55,424 nt of DNA from Clostridia bacterium (GCA_016291695.1 JAEEYG010000092.1:1-55424); one strand, 5' to 3'. Counted from the first letter of the stretch, positions 8,169 to 18,918 are shown. A program made the numbers and translations. The notes: generated by a model not told the origin, from the letters alone.

Positions 8169-9770
8169 TTATTTATGCTTTATGCTTTCTCTTATAAATG
8201 AATTAAACAGAGGATGTGGTCTTGTTGGTCTTGACTTAAACTCTGGATGGAACTGACAGGCAATAAAATGTGGATGGTTTTTAAGCTCTATAATCTCTAC
8301 CAAGTCTGCTTTTTCATTTATACCAGAGAAGACCATACCTTTTGAAGCAAGTAGTTCTTTATATTTATTATTAAATTCATATCTATGTCTATGACGTTCT
8401 TTTATTTCTAAGATTTTGTAATCTTCAAAGGCAAGAGTTCCTTCTTTAATCTTACAATCGTAATTTCCTAGCCTTAATGTTCCACCTTTGTTAATTATTC
8501 CTTTTTGTTCAGCCATTAAGTCTATTATTGGATCTTTACAAACTTCATTAAACTCAGTAGAAGAAGCATTTGGAAGCCCACAAACATTTCTTGCAAATTC
8601 TATTACTGCAAGTTGCATTCCAAGGCAAATACCTAAAAATGGAATATTATGAGTTCTAGCATAATTGATTGCTTTTATTTTGCCTTCAATTCCTCTAGAA
8701 CCAAACCCACCAGGAACAAGTATTCCCGAAGTGGTCTTAAATACTTCATCTAGGCTATCCATTTTCTCTAAGTCTTCAGAATTTATCCAATTTACTTTTA
8801 CACGAACGTTATTTGCATATCCTGCATGTTTTAGGCTTTCATTAACAGATAAATATGCATCATGAAGCTCAACATATTTACCAACTAGAGCAATTTCAAC
8901 TTCTTCTTTAAGATTATCTACTTTATTAACTAAGTCTTGCCAATACTTTATTTTGCTTTCAGTTATAGGAAGTTTGAATTGCTTTAATACTAGTTCATCC
9001 ATACCTTGCTTTAAATAGTTCAGAGGAACCCAGAATATGTTTTTAACATCAATGCTATCTATTACATTTTCGGTAGGCACGCTACAAAATAGCGAAATCT
9101 TTTCTTTTAGGTGTTGATTTAGTTCCTCTGGACTTCTACATACAATTAAATCTGGCTGAATTCCCATACCTCTTAGTTCAATTACTGAATGTTGGGTTGG
9201 CTTTGTTTTTAGTTCATTTGAACCATATATATATGGAACTAAGGTTGCATGAACAAATAGGGTGTTTTCTTTTCCTAATTCGTTTCGCATCTGTCTTAAT
9301 GATTCAATAAATGCCTGAGACTCGATATCTCCAATAGTTCCACCAATTTCGGTAATAACAATATCAGCTCCACTAGTAGAGGCGGCGGCATAGATTTTTG
9401 ACTTAATTTCATCTGTAATGTGGGGAACTATTTGAACTGTAGCTCCTAAATAATCTCCTTTTCGTTCTTTTTCAATTACACTTTGGTAAATCTTGCCTGT
9501 TGTTATATTAGAAGTATAATTAAGTTCTTCATCAATAAATCTTTCGTAGTGGCCTAAATCTAAATCGGTTTCTGTTCCGTCAGCTGTAACATAAACTTCT
9601 CCATGTTGAAAAGGTGACATAGTACCGGGATCAACATTTATATAAGGATCAAACTTCTGCATGAAAACCTTATATCCACGAGCTTTTAAAAGTAGCGCTA
9701 AGCTAGATGCTGTTATTCCTTTTCCTAATCCTGAAACGACTCCGCCTGTAACGAAAACAAATTTTGACAT
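8169..9770 (-). CDS. pyrG: CTP synthase
   Basis: 533 aa. The N-terminus is [18 protein letters not shown], and the glutaminase domain has GICLGMQ and the HRHRYE motif. Confidence 0.97.
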   Translation of the reverse strand: MSKFVFVTGGVVSGLGKGITASSLALLLKARGYKVFMQKFDPYINVDPGTMSPFQHGEVYVTADGTETDLDLGHYERFIDEELNYTSNITTGKIYQSVIEKERKGDYLGATVQIVPHITDEIKSKIYAAASTSGADIVITEIGGTIGDIESQAFIESLRQMRNELGKENTLFVHATLVPYIYGSNELKTKPTQHSVIELRGMGIQPDLIVCRSPEELNQHLKEKISLFCSVPTENVIDSIDVKNIFWVPLNYLKQGMDELVLKQFKLPITESKIKYWQDLVNKVDNLKEEVEIALVGKYVELHDAYLSVNESLKHAGYANNVRVKVNWINSEDLEKMDSLDEVFKTTSGILVPGGFGSRGIEGKIKAINYARTHNIPFLGICLGMQLAVIEFARNVCGLPNASSTEFNEVCKDPIIDLMAEQKGIINKGGTLRLGNYDCKIKEGTLAFEDYKILEIKERHRHRYEFNNKYKELLASKGMVFSGINEKADLVEIIELKNHPHFIACQFHPEFKSRPTRPHPLFNSFIRESIKHK

Positions 9771-9782
9771 ACTATTTCCTCC

Positions 9783-9822
9783 TAAAAAATGCCACTAAGA
9801 GAATCCCCTTAGTGGCTCTTTT
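9783..9822 (-). promoter_or_regulatory. pyrG 5'-leader terminator-like hairpin (candidate attenuator)
   Basis: On the minus strand there is a 9-bp perfect stem, gccactaag / cttagtggc (9791-9799 / 9808-9816), followed by aTTTTTT and running straight into the RBS aggagg. Confidence 0.55.
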
Positions 9823-9824
9823 AA

Positions 9825-9853
9825 ATTTTATCACTATAAAAAATGTAGGACAA
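9825..9853 (-). promoter_or_regulatory. pyrG promoter
   Basis: The minus strand reads TTGTCC-17 nt-TAAAAT with an upstream TG (extended -10). Confidence 0.5.
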
Positions 9854-10017
9854 CATTGTAAAATTCTTTTAATGATTCAGTCACTATTTTTTAACAAGGT
9901 GAACATAATTATCAAAACAGTGATTTTTAAATATTTTTTATTGTTATTTTATCATTAAAAATATATTACAAAAGCTTATTATGAAGCTATTTAGTATAAA
10001 ATAAAGGGGAAAATATT

Positions 10018-12321
10018 ATGTTTAATTTTGAGGTAAAAATGAATAAACTATCGAAAAATGTATGTTATATGAATAAATTTATATTATTAACATTATTTAT
10101 AGTCTTTTGCATGGGAATTTCCCTTAACACTTCGTATGCAGCTATTGATGAATCATCTGCATTAATTATGGAGTGGGACATTCCTGCAAATACAGAAATT
10201 AAGATTCCAATTAAAGGTACTGGAAATAATTACACAATAAATTGGGGAGACGGTAGTAGTGAAACTTCTGGGACTAGTTTATTTCCAACCCATACTTATA
10301 CTACCGCAGGAACATATACTATTAAAGTTGGTGGGAAAGTTAATAACTTTGGTTTTTATGATAACGTTGATGAAGTTTCACCTACTAGTGATTTGTACAC
10401 TTACACTCAATATCTAAAAAAGGTAACTCAAGTTGGAAATTTGGGTTACAATAGAATTGGCTTTGCTTCTTGTTATAATCTTACAACCGTTGATTTTAAA
10501 GGCGGTTTTAATTCATCTAATATGACAAGTATAGGTCTGATGTTTTGTAATTGCTTTTCTTTAACAAATGTTTATAATTTTGACGTGTTAGATACCTCTT
10601 CTGCTATCAGTATGGCCGGAATGTTTATTCACTGTGAAAACTTGGAAAGTATTGATGTCTCGCATTTTAATACTTCTAGTGTTACTGATATGCAATCTAT
10701 GTTTGGAGCTTGCTATAAATTAACATCCATAGATGTTTCTAATTTTGATACAAGAAATGTAACTACAATGTATAATATGTTTCATAATTGCAAGGCATTA
10801 GAGACGCTTGATGTTAGAAACTTTGACACATCCAAGGTTACAAGTATGTCTTACATGTTTAGATACTGCCAAGCACTTCCACACTTAGATCTTTCAAATT
10901 TTAATACTAGCAGTGTTACAACCATGGAAAGAATGTTTGAAGGTGATAGAGCTCTTACTTCATTAGATTTGTCTAGCTTTAATACAGCTAATGTTACTAA
11001 TATGTCACTTATGTTCAAGTCCTGTAGTGGTTTGACTTCTTTAAATGTTTCTAGCTTTAATACAACAAAAGTAACAACTATGAAGGATATCTTTTATGGT
11101 TGTGAATTATTAACAGATTTGGATGTTTCAAATTTTAGTGCTTCTAGTTTAACAAAGGCAGAAGATATGTTTCGTGAATGTTCTAAACTTAAAAGGATTG
11201 TATTTGGCGATGGTTTCAATACAAGTAAAGTAACATCAATGGAATACATGTTTTATAAGTGTTCAGAATTGGAAGAAATAGATTTTGGAAACTCATTTAA
11301 CACTTCAAAAGTAACTACAATGACGAGCATGTTTAGCAATTGTACTGCACTTAAAAAACTAGATTTAAGCAGATTTAGTACTATAAAAGCTACTACTATG
11401 AGTGCTATGTTTAATAAATGTGAAGCTTTAAGGTATCTTGACCTTAGCACATTTGATACTTCTTTAGTAACTGACATGCAAAATATGTTTAAGAATTGCA
11501 CAAATTTAGAGTTTATAATTATTGGTAATAGTTTTGATAAATTGAATGGAAGTACTATGTTTACAGGTTGCTCTTCTTTAAGATCTATTATCACTACATT
11601 AGTTATCGATGATCCTAATAATGCAATGGATGTAAGTACTTCTATTGGACTAAATTCAACTGCTGCTTTATATGTTCCTAATGTTGATACTGCGGAAGTA
11701 TATAGACAAGCAAATCTATATAGTAATGTTTTTGGTGCTTCACGAATTAGACCTATTCTTGAAGTAAATGGTACGCCGAAGGATATTACTATAGCTCAAG
11801 ATTCTGTTTATGGAACTGCTCAAGATAAGGGCGCTTCAATTGCAGGTTTCTCTTATAGAACAGAACGCGGAAATCCTATATATACTGAATTAGGCTATAG
11901 TATTACAGAAACTGGACTTCCTGTTGATACAACTACAACTGGTAATAAAACGGTTACTTATACTGGAAAGAAGGGTACTAATACTTTAATGACTGCTACC
12001 AGACAGGTAACAGTACAATTTGTTGATTCTGTCGCTCCATTCGGAAGTCTTACTATTCTTAATAAAATAACTGGTAATAGCAATAATGAATTTGTTAAAC
12101 GTAGATCTGTTACTTTGAAACTATTTGGACAAGATAATGTTGCAGTTACAAATTACGCATTGGCAAATGAGAACGCAAGAAGTTCTGTTTCGTGGCAATC
12201 ATTTACTGGACCAACTCTAGAACTTCCTTGGAGACTATCTGAAGGGGATGGAAGTAAGACAGTTTATTTAATGTTTAAGGATGGTGCAAATAATACTTCT
12301 GTGACTTTTGTAACACCATAA
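10018..12321 (+). CDS. BspA-type leucine-rich-repeat surface protein
   Basis: It has a signal/TM segment, then about 15 or more copies of a roughly 25-aa repeat of the form FNTSKVTSMxxMFxxCxxLxxLDLSN, and a C-terminal Ig-like region. The start could be ATG 10018 or ATG 10039. Confidence 0.85.
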   Translation: MFNFEVKMNKLSKNVCYMNKFILLTLFIVFCMGISLNTSYAAIDESSALIMEWDIPANTEIKIPIKGTGNNYTINWGDGSSETSGTSLFPTHTYTTAGTYTIKVGGKVNNFGFYDNVDEVSPTSDLYTYTQYLKKVTQVGNLGYNRIGFASCYNLTTVDFKGGFNSSNMTSIGLMFCNCFSLTNVYNFDVLDTSSAISMAGMFIHCENLESIDVSHFNTSSVTDMQSMFGACYKLTSIDVSNFDTRNVTTMYNMFHNCKALETLDVRNFDTSKVTSMSYMFRYCQALPHLDLSNFNTSSVTTMERMFEGDRALTSLDLSSFNTANVTNMSLMFKSCSGLTSLNVSSFNTTKVTTMKDIFYGCELLTDLDVSNFSASSLTKAEDMFRECSKLKRIVFGDGFNTSKVTSMEYMFYKCSELEEIDFGNSFNTSKVTTMTSMFSNCTALKKLDLSRFSTIKATTMSAMFNKCEALRYLDLSTFDTSLVTDMQNMFKNCTNLEFIIIGNSFDKLNGSTMFTGCSSLRSIITTLVIDDPNNAMDVSTSIGLNSTAALYVPNVDTAEVYRQANLYSNVFGASRIRPILEVNGTPKDITIAQDSVYGTAQDKGASIAGFSYRTERGNPIYTELGYSITETGLPVDTTTTGNKTVTYTGKKGTNTLMTATRQVTVQFVDSVAPFGSLTILNKITGNSNNEFVKRRSVTLKLFGQDNVAVTNYALANENARSSVSWQSFTGPTLELPWRLSEGDGSKTVYLMFKDGANNTSVTFVTP
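10470..11580 (+). repeat. In-frame tandem LRR-coding repeats (about 75-nt period)
   Basis: The motif (V/A)T(S/T/D)M..MF..C..L..(L/I)D(L/V)S.F recurs at a regular period in the translation. Confidence 0.8.
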
Positions 12322-12336
12322 ATTTGATATGAATAT

Positions 12337-12376
12337 AAAAGCACTTATTATTTTCAAATAATAGGTGCTTTTGTTT
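12337..12376 (+). terminator. Rho-independent terminator
   Basis: The stem is aaagcacttatt ... aataggtgcttt, followed by T-rich sequence. Confidence 0.7.
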
Positions 12377-12443
12377 ATTGACTATAAATTTTATGGTATA
12401 ATTATTTTGCAGTATTATTAAACTATTTAAGGCGGATTATTTA

Positions 12444-14807
12444 ATGGATAAAATTGATATTAATGTTGGTCTTAATAATAAACAAATTAAATATAGAATA
12501 GAGAACAACCTTTGCAATTATGATACAACCGCCAAAACAAAAAGCGTTAAGAGAATAATTGCAGAGAACTTTTTTACGTTGTTTAATATTATAAATCTGG
12601 CTTTTGGAATTACTATCTTTTCAATTGGTGCGTATAAGAATTTATTATTTTTGACTATTATCATAATTAATACATTGATAAGCACTATTCAAGAGATTCA
12701 TGCTAAAAGAATCACAGATAGACTTAAGATTATTGTATCTCCTAAGTTTGAAGTTCTTAGGAATGGAAGTACTTCAAAAATTGGTATAAATGAAATCGTA
12801 AGAGACGATATTTTGATATTGTCTACTGGGTCTCAAGTCGTTACAGACTCAGAAATAGTAGATGGAGAAGTTTTAGTTAATGAATCTTTCATTACGGGTG
12901 AATCTGATAGCATTACTAAAAAGGTTGGAGACAAGATTCTATCAGGAAGTTATATTGTAGGTGGTAAATGTAAGGCACAGGTAGAACATATTGGTGTTGA
13001 TAACTATACATATAAAATCTCTAATGATGCTAAGTATATCAAAAAGATTAATTCCGAAATCATGAAAACTCTTAAAGGAATTATAAGAGTGGTCAGCATC
13101 GTCATAATTCCAGTAGGTTTATTATTATTCCTAACTCAAGTTAGAATCGAGAATGTTGATACTAATACAGCTATTTTAAATGTTATTGCTGCCTTAATTG
13201 GTATGATTCCAGAAGGTTTAGTACTTCTTACTAGTACAGTTTTAGCTGTTAGTGTAAGAAGACTTTCTAAAGCAAATGTGCTGGTACAACAATTGTATTC
13301 TGTTGAGACATTGGCTAGGGTTGATACTCTATGTCTTGATAAGACAGGTACTATTACAGAAAATAAGATGAAAATAGTGGACGTTATACCACTCGATTAT
13401 GACAAGATTGCTTTTAATGAAATGTTATCAAAATATGCTAATTGTTCTGAAGACGAAAACTCAACTATGAATGCTCTTAGAGATTATTATAAGATTACAA
13501 ATAGGCAACCATTACGTTGTAATTACAAAATCTCTTTTAATTCTGAAACTAAATGGTCTGCTATTTCTATTGAAAATGACAAGACTTATGTTATGGGTGC
13601 TCCTAGTTTTCTTACTAAGGATAGTAAATACTTAAGTATTGCTGATAAGTATGCAGCGGACTATAGAGTAATCTTATTTGGAACTTCTAATAGTGATCTA
13701 AGAGGTACTCGAGTAGTAGAAGACATTGAAGTTCTTGGTTTTCTTATATTGACAGATGTTATTCGTCAAGACGCAAATATTGTTATCTCTTATTTTTATG
13801 ATCAAGGAATTGACTTAAAAGTAATTTCTGGAGATAATCCTAAAACTGTTTCGAAGATTGCTAAAAAAGCAGGAATTAAGAATTATGACCATTATATTGA
13901 CATGTCTAATGTTTCGGATGATGAAATAGATAGCATAGTTAATGAATACTCTATATTTGGAAGAGTATCACCACTTCAGAAAAAATTACTTGTCAGCTCT
14001 ATGCGAAAAACTGGTAGAACAGTTGCTATGACTGGTGATGGAGTAAATGATGTTCTTGCTTTAAAAGAAGCTGACACGGCAATAGCTCTTGCTAATGGTA
14101 GTGATGTTACAAAGAGTGTGTCTGAACTTATACTTTTAGACTCAAAGTTTTCTTCACTTCCAAAAGTTCTTTTAGAGGGCAGGAGAACTATTAACAATAT
14201 AGAACGTTCAGCAACATTGTTTATATCTAAAACTATATATTCATGCTTTCTTTCACTGCTTTTCGTTTTTTTGCTTACAGCTTATCCTTTCCAGCCAATA
14301 CAGCTAAGCCTTATAAGTGTTGTTACAATTGGGATACCTTCATTTTTGTTGGCCTTAGAGCCTAATTATAATAGAGTTAGAAAGCATTTCTTAAGAAATA
14401 TCATATCCAAGGCATTACCTTCTTCTATTACAAATATTCTTGCGATAGTAATGTGTGTATGTCAGTACAAGCTTGGACATATCAATTATGAAATGTATTC
14501 TACACTTTGTGTTTTAGTTACTGCAACAACAGGCTTCTGCTTACTATTTAAGTTATCGCTTAAAAGAAAAGGTGAAAGAACTCGCTTACCAGTATCGCTA
14601 TATAGATTTACAATTACGATTATAATGCTAGTTTTGTTTATTCTTGAAATTGTGTTCCTAGATAAACTATTTAATTTGGTTCCACTTGAATCAATTTCAA
14701 CTTATGTTTTCAGGACAATATTAGTTACTATAATTGTTTTCTGCGGACTTAACTTTATTGGTGACTTTATTTCAAAAGATAGCAATAAGAGCCAAAAGAC
14801 TGATTGA
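12444..14807 (+). CDS. Cation-translocating P-type ATPase
   Basis: It has the phosphorylation motif DKTGTIT, TGES, the hinge MTGDGVNDVLALKEADTAIAL, and multiple TM helices. Confidence 0.9.
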   Translation: MDKIDINVGLNNKQIKYRIENNLCNYDTTAKTKSVKRIIAENFFTLFNIINLAFGITIFSIGAYKNLLFLTIIIINTLISTIQEIHAKRITDRLKIIVSPKFEVLRNGSTSKIGINEIVRDDILILSTGSQVVTDSEIVDGEVLVNESFITGESDSITKKVGDKILSGSYIVGGKCKAQVEHIGVDNYTYKISNDAKYIKKINSEIMKTLKGIIRVVSIVIIPVGLLLFLTQVRIENVDTNTAILNVIAALIGMIPEGLVLLTSTVLAVSVRRLSKANVLVQQLYSVETLARVDTLCLDKTGTITENKMKIVDVIPLDYDKIAFNEMLSKYANCSEDENSTMNALRDYYKITNRQPLRCNYKISFNSETKWSAISIENDKTYVMGAPSFLTKDSKYLSIADKYAADYRVILFGTSNSDLRGTRVVEDIEVLGFLILTDVIRQDANIVISYFYDQGIDLKVISGDNPKTVSKIAKKAGIKNYDHYIDMSNVSDDEIDSIVNEYSIFGRVSPLQKKLLVSSMRKTGRTVAMTGDGVNDVLALKEADTAIALANGSDVTKSVSELILLDSKFSSLPKVLLEGRRTINNIERSATLFISKTIYSCFLSLLFVFLLTAYPFQPIQLSLISVVTIGIPSFLLALEPNYNRVRKHFLRNIISKALPSSITNILAIVMCVCQYKLGHINYEMYSTLCVLVTATTGFCLLFKLSLKRKGERTRLPVSLYRFTITIIMLVLFILEIVFLDKLFNLVPLESISTYVFRTILVTIIVFCGLNFIGDFISKDSNKSQKTD

Positions 14808-14814
14808 GGTGTTT

Positions 14815-15525
14815 ATGGATAAAAGATTTATTAGAGAAGAAATTCTTGTTGGAAAAGAAGCTATTAATAAACTTGCCAAGAGCAAAGTTTTGGTCTTTGG
14901 AGTTGGAGGAGTGGGCTCATACGTCTGTGAAGCCTTAGCTAGAGCTGGGGTAGGGAAATTTGTTATAGTAGATAATGACACAGTAGATATTAGTAACATT
15001 AATAGGCAATTAATTGCTACTTCTTCTACTATTGGTAAAAATAAAGTTGACGTTATGAGGGAGAGAATTTTAGATATTAATCCTAAAGCTAAGGTTGATA
15101 CCTATTGTACTTTTTTCTCACATGAAACTAAGGAACATATAATAAAAAAGCCTCTTACTTATGTTATAGATTGTATTGACTCTGTTCCTTCTAAGATAGA
15201 AATAATAAAACAATGTAAAAACTTAGATATACCTGTTATTTCTTCAATGGGGACTGGCAATAAACTATTTGCTAATAAATTTGAAATAAAGGATATTAAT
15301 CAAACTTCAGTTTGTCCACTTGCAAGGTCGGTAAGAAAACAACTAAAAGCTGAAGGAATAGACCATGTTAAAGTATTATTCTCGAAAGAGGAACCAATAA
15401 AGAATGATGTTTACATAAACGAAAACAGAAAGATTGTTCCTGGAAGTGTTTCATTTGTTCCATCAGTTGCTGGGCTTATGATTGCAGGTGAAGTAGTTAG
15501 AGATATTCTAGATATAAATCGTTGA
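14815..15525 (+). CDS. tcdA: tRNA threonylcarbamoyladenosine dehydratase (ThiF/E1-like)
   Basis: I take the start at ATG 14815, after the RBS gaggtg. The track's 14734 extension overlaps the ATPase. Motifs are VLVFGVGGVGSYVCEALARAGVG and IVDNDTVDISNINRQ. Confidence 0.8.
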   Translation: MDKRFIREEILVGKEAINKLAKSKVLVFGVGGVGSYVCEALARAGVGKFVIVDNDTVDISNINRQLIATSSTIGKNKVDVMRERILDINPKAKVDTYCTFFSHETKEHIIKKPLTYVIDCIDSVPSKIEIIKQCKNLDIPVISSMGTGNKLFANKFEIKDINQTSVCPLARSVRKQLKAEGIDHVKVLFSKEEPIKNDVYINENRKIVPGSVSFVPSVAGLMIAGEVVRDILDINR

Positions 15526-15583
15526 TATTTATAAACCATTACGATATAATTTACTTGTCTTAAGTTTGAAAGGAATTTTTGTT

Positions 15584-15802
15584 ATGTTGAAGGACAAGAA
15601 GTTAGTGTATAGTAGGGCTCTAGTTCCAAAATACTCTAAAGTTTATAAATATATTATTTCCGCTTTTGCTGTTGTTGCTATTTTGCTGTTTTTATTGTTT
15701 TCTTTGATTAATATGAGAATTGATGACTATGAGACAGATTCATATGGTAGTAATAATTATGAATTTGATAGTGTATTTGTTTTAAATGATAGATTGTTAT
15801 AA
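15584..15802 (+). CDS. Small single-pass membrane protein, unknown function
   Basis: The ORF has one hydrophobic helix (IISAFAVVAILLFLLFSLI). The start is uncertain and there is no homology clue. Confidence 0.35.
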   Translation: MLKDKKLVYSRALVPKYSKVYKYIISAFAVVAILLFLLFSLINMRIDDYETDSYGSNNYEFDSVFVLNDRLL

Positions 15803-15819
15803 CTTATTATATTGTATTT

Positions 15820-15862
15820 AAAACAGACAAAGAATCTTTATAAGATTATGTCTGTTTTTTAT
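15820..15862 (+). terminator. Rho-independent terminator
   Basis: A long hairpin aaacagaca...tgtctgttt is followed by a T-run. Confidence 0.7.
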
Positions 15863-15948
15863 TTAGAATTATTAGTTTGACTTCTTTTAGAACAACAGCT
15901 TCTTACAAAAGACTAAGATATTAAGTATTAATTGGAGGTTTCTTAAGA

Positions 15949-16971
15949 ATGTTTAGCTTTGGTCAATCAATTGGAATAGACTTAGGAACTGCGACAATTT
16001 TAGTATATGTTAAGGGTAAAGGTATTGTTTTGAGAGAACCATCGGTTGTTGCAGTTGATAAGAATACAAACGAAGTAGTTGCCGTTGGAGAAGATGCTAG
16101 AAGAATGCTCGGAAGAACACCTGGTAATATTGTTGCTATTAGGCCTTTAAAAGATGGTGTAATATCAAATTATACTGTTACTGAAAAGATGCTTAAATAC
16201 TTCATTAAGAAGGTTTGCGGTAGTTTTGTTTTTTCTCCTACATTAATGGTATGTATTCCTTCGGGAATTACCGAGGTTGAGAAAAAAGCAGTAGTTGATG
16301 CATCTATTCAAGCTGGTGCTGGTAAGATTTATTTAATAGAAGAGCCAATTGCAGCAGCGATTGGGGCTGGAATAGATATTACTAAACCTTGTGGAAGCAT
16401 GATTGTCGATATGGGTGGAGGCACAACTGATATTGCAGTTATTTCTTTAGGTGGTGCAGTAGTTTCTTCATCTATTAAAGTAGCAGGAGATAAGTTTGAC
16501 GAAGCGATAGTTAGGTATATCAAAAAGACATATAACGTAATTATCAGTGATAGGACAGCAGAAGAATTAAAGATAAATATTGGAAGTGTTTATCCTAGAG
16601 AAGATGCGCTTGAAATGGATGTTAGAGGGAGAGACGTTGCTACTGGCCTTCCGGTGAACCTTACTGTTAATTCTGATGACATTTTGGAGGCTTTATATGA
16701 GCCATCTGAGCTTGTTTTAGAAGCTGTTATAGATGTATTAGAGAAAACGCCTCCTGAGTTATGCTCTGATATTTCTGATAGGGGAATATTCATGACTGGT
16801 GGAGGATGTTTAGTATATGGTTTAGATAAACTAATTAGTGAAAGAACTGGAATACCTGTTATGATAGCAGACGAATCAGTATCTTGTGTTGCCATTGGAA
16901 CCGGAAAAGCATTAGATGATGAAAACTTGCTCTCTAAGCTTTCGTCTCCTCATAAGAAAACAAAATATTAA
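15949..16971 (+). CDS. mreB: Rod-shape-determining actin homologue MreB
   Basis: Motifs are IGIDLGTA, LEEPIAAAIGAG and DMGGGTTD; 340 aa; RBS ggagg. Confidence 0.95.
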   Translation: MFSFGQSIGIDLGTATILVYVKGKGIVLREPSVVAVDKNTNEVVAVGEDARRMLGRTPGNIVAIRPLKDGVISNYTVTEKMLKYFIKKVCGSFVFSPTLMVCIPSGITEVEKKAVVDASIQAGAGKIYLIEEPIAAAIGAGIDITKPCGSMIVDMGGGTTDIAVISLGGAVVSSSIKVAGDKFDEAIVRYIKKTYNVIISDRTAEELKINIGSVYPREDALEMDVRGRDVATGLPVNLTVNSDDILEALYEPSELVLEAVIDVLEKTPPELCSDISDRGIFMTGGGCLVYGLDKLISERTGIPVMIADESVSCVAIGTGKALDDENLLSKLSSPHKKTKY

Positions 16972-17008
16972 AAGCTGGAACATAAATTAATTTGTTCCAG
17001 CTTTTTCT
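16971..17008. terminator. Bidirectional terminator (mreB / murC)
   Basis: The stem is agctggaaca (16973-16982) / tgttccagct (16993-17002), flanked by A- and T-runs. Confidence 0.8.
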
Positions 17009-17009
17009 T

Positions 17010-18383
17010 TTACTTAGTAATTAAGTTTGAAATCTTTGTAACATCACCAGCACCAACAGTAATTACTATATCATCATTTTGAACGTTTTCTTTTAAGTAT
17101 TGAACACAACTGTCAAATGAATCTATATATAAGCAATTACCTGTATTTTCATTAATACTCTGTGCAAGTCCTTCTGAAGTAGTTTCACCATCAAATTGTT
17201 CTCTTGCTGCGTATATATCTAGTAATAAAAGGTTATCTACATCACTAAAACAAGTTGAGAATTCATCCCAAAGGCTTTTTGTTCTAGAATATGTATGAGG
17301 TTGAAATACAACCCAAATTTTGTTATGAGGTAATGTAAGTGCAGAAGATATAGTTGCCTTAATTTCAGTTGGGTGATGGGCATAGTCGTCAAATACTCTT
17401 GCACCATTTAATGTCCCTTTATATTCAAATCTCCTTGAAGCACCTCTAAAGTTAGCAATTGCAGAAATAATAGTATCATTATCTATTCCATAGTGCTTTG
17501 CAAGAACAACTACTGAAAGTGAATTCATTACATTATGGTATCCTACTACATTTAGTGAAATAGATAAACTCTCTTTTCCATTGGTAGCAACATAAGAGTA
17601 GAAACCAGTATCGTTTAACTTAATATCTGTTGCGACCCAATCTGCCATGTTATTGTTAATAGCAAAAGATATTTTATTTTTATCTACCTTATTCATAACA
17701 TCTATACAATTTTGATTATCCGCATTATATACGATTACGCCATCACTTGGCACTTTGGTTGCGAATTTTTCAAAAGCTGATTTAATATGATTTATATCTC
17801 TAAAGTAGTCTAAGTGATCTTCTTCAATATTTAGCATAATTATAGATTTTGGGAAGAACTTAAGGAAACTTTCAACATACTCGCATGATTCAATAATAAA
17901 GTATGGAGAATTTCCAACTCTGTAGTTTCCACCAATAGCATCAAAATTCGCACCAACTTGTACAGATGGATCTTTTCCTGCTTCTAAAAAGCATAGAGAA
18001 GCCATTGAAGTAGTAGTTGTTTTACCGTGTGTACCACAGATTCCGATTGTCTCAGAATAGTGTTTTGTAAGTTCGCCTAAAAACTCGCTTCTTTCCATAA
18101 CAGGGATATTCTTCTTTTTTGCTTCTACGAGTTCCGGATTATCTTCTTTAATTGCAGCTGTATACACTACTAAGTTAGCTCCGTCTACATTTTCTGCCTT
18201 ATGACCAATGAAAACATTAAAACCATCTTTTTTAAGTTTTTCTACCATATCATTATCATTACTGTCAGAGCCAGAGATAGAGTACCCCATTGAATTAGCT
18301 ATATATGCTAATCCACTCATTGAAACTCCACCAATACCAATAAAATGAATTCTTAAACCTTTTTCTAAATTACATAATTGCAT
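17010..18383 (-). CDS. murC: UDP-N-acetylmuramate--L-alanine ligase
   Basis: Motifs are IHFIGIGGVSMSGLA and GTHGKTTTTSM, in a Mur ligase architecture of 457 aa. Confidence 0.95.
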   Translation of the reverse strand: MQLCNLEKGLRIHFIGIGGVSMSGLAYIANSMGYSISGSDSNDNDMVEKLKKDGFNVFIGHKAENVDGANLVVYTAAIKEDNPELVEAKKKNIPVMERSEFLGELTKHYSETIGICGTHGKTTTTSMASLCFLEAGKDPSVQVGANFDAIGGNYRVGNSPYFIIESCEYVESFLKFFPKSIIMLNIEEDHLDYFRDINHIKSAFEKFATKVPSDGVIVYNADNQNCIDVMNKVDKNKISFAINNNMADWVATDIKLNDTGFYSYVATNGKESLSISLNVVGYHNVMNSLSVVVLAKHYGIDNDTIISAIANFRGASRRFEYKGTLNGARVFDDYAHHPTEIKATISSALTLPHNKIWVVFQPHTYSRTKSLWDEFSTCFSDVDNLLLLDIYAAREQFDGETTSEGLAQSINENTGNCLYIDSFDSCVQYLKENVQNDDIVITVGAGDVTKISNLITK

Positions 18384-18616
18384 TAATAATCATCCTTTAT
18401 TTTTTGACATCTAAATAGATTATATGTTCACTATTAGAATTATTCAATATCTATCTAAATAAAGTAAATTTCATTAGCTTAATAAATTGAAAGTAAAGTT
18501 AAATTTTTTTTAAATTTCTATTGCAGAAGTATTAAATATAAAGTACAATACAAATCGAGAGGGAAGAAGTGCAAAGGCTGAATTCCCTTAATACATTGAA
18601 AGGCGGTGCATTTTAA

Positions 18617-18913
18617 ATGCAAATAACAGAAGTTAGACTTAAGAAAATTAAATCAGATGGCAATATGAAAGCCGTTGCATCAATCACATTTGATGATTGC
18701 TTTGTAATTCATGATGTAAAAGTAATTGAAAGACAAGACAAACCACTTTTAGTAGTTATGCCTGAAACAAGAAGAAAAAACGGAACAAGAAGTGACGTAG
18801 CTCATCCAATCAAACAAGAAACTAGAGACATGATTACAGCTGAAGTTCTTAAGAAATATGAAGAGACTCCAGATGTAGATGATGCTGCAGAGTCTGCTCC
18901 AGTAGAAGAATAA
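18617..18913 (+). CDS. spoVG: Septation/regulatory protein SpoVG
   Basis: The N-terminus MQITEVRLKKI...ASITFDDCFVIHDVKVIE is typical SpoVG, and there is an acidic tail. Confidence 0.95.
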   Translation: MQITEVRLKKIKSDGNMKAVASITFDDCFVIHDVKVIERQDKPLLVVMPETRRKNGTRSDVAHPIKQETRDMITAEVLKKYEETPDVDDAAESAPVEE

Positions 18914-18918
18914 ATAAT

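Noticed and set aside
10470-11580. Regularly spaced DNA repeats that could be mistaken for a CRISPR array or satellite.
   Set aside because: The period of about 75 nt is in frame and translates to LRR units within one long ORF. There is no spacer/repeat alternation with conserved short palindromic repeats.
14734-14814. Upstream extensions of track ORFs. The extended starts are 14734 (tcdA), 41222 (ackA), 44781 (rluA-like), 22101 (mscL), 47506 (cassette F), 22213 (dnaG), 47989 (der) and 32204 (AAA).
   Set aside because: In each case an internal ATG sits at proper distance from a GGAGG-type RBS and matches the canonical N-terminus of the family. The extensions overlap upstream genes or promoters.
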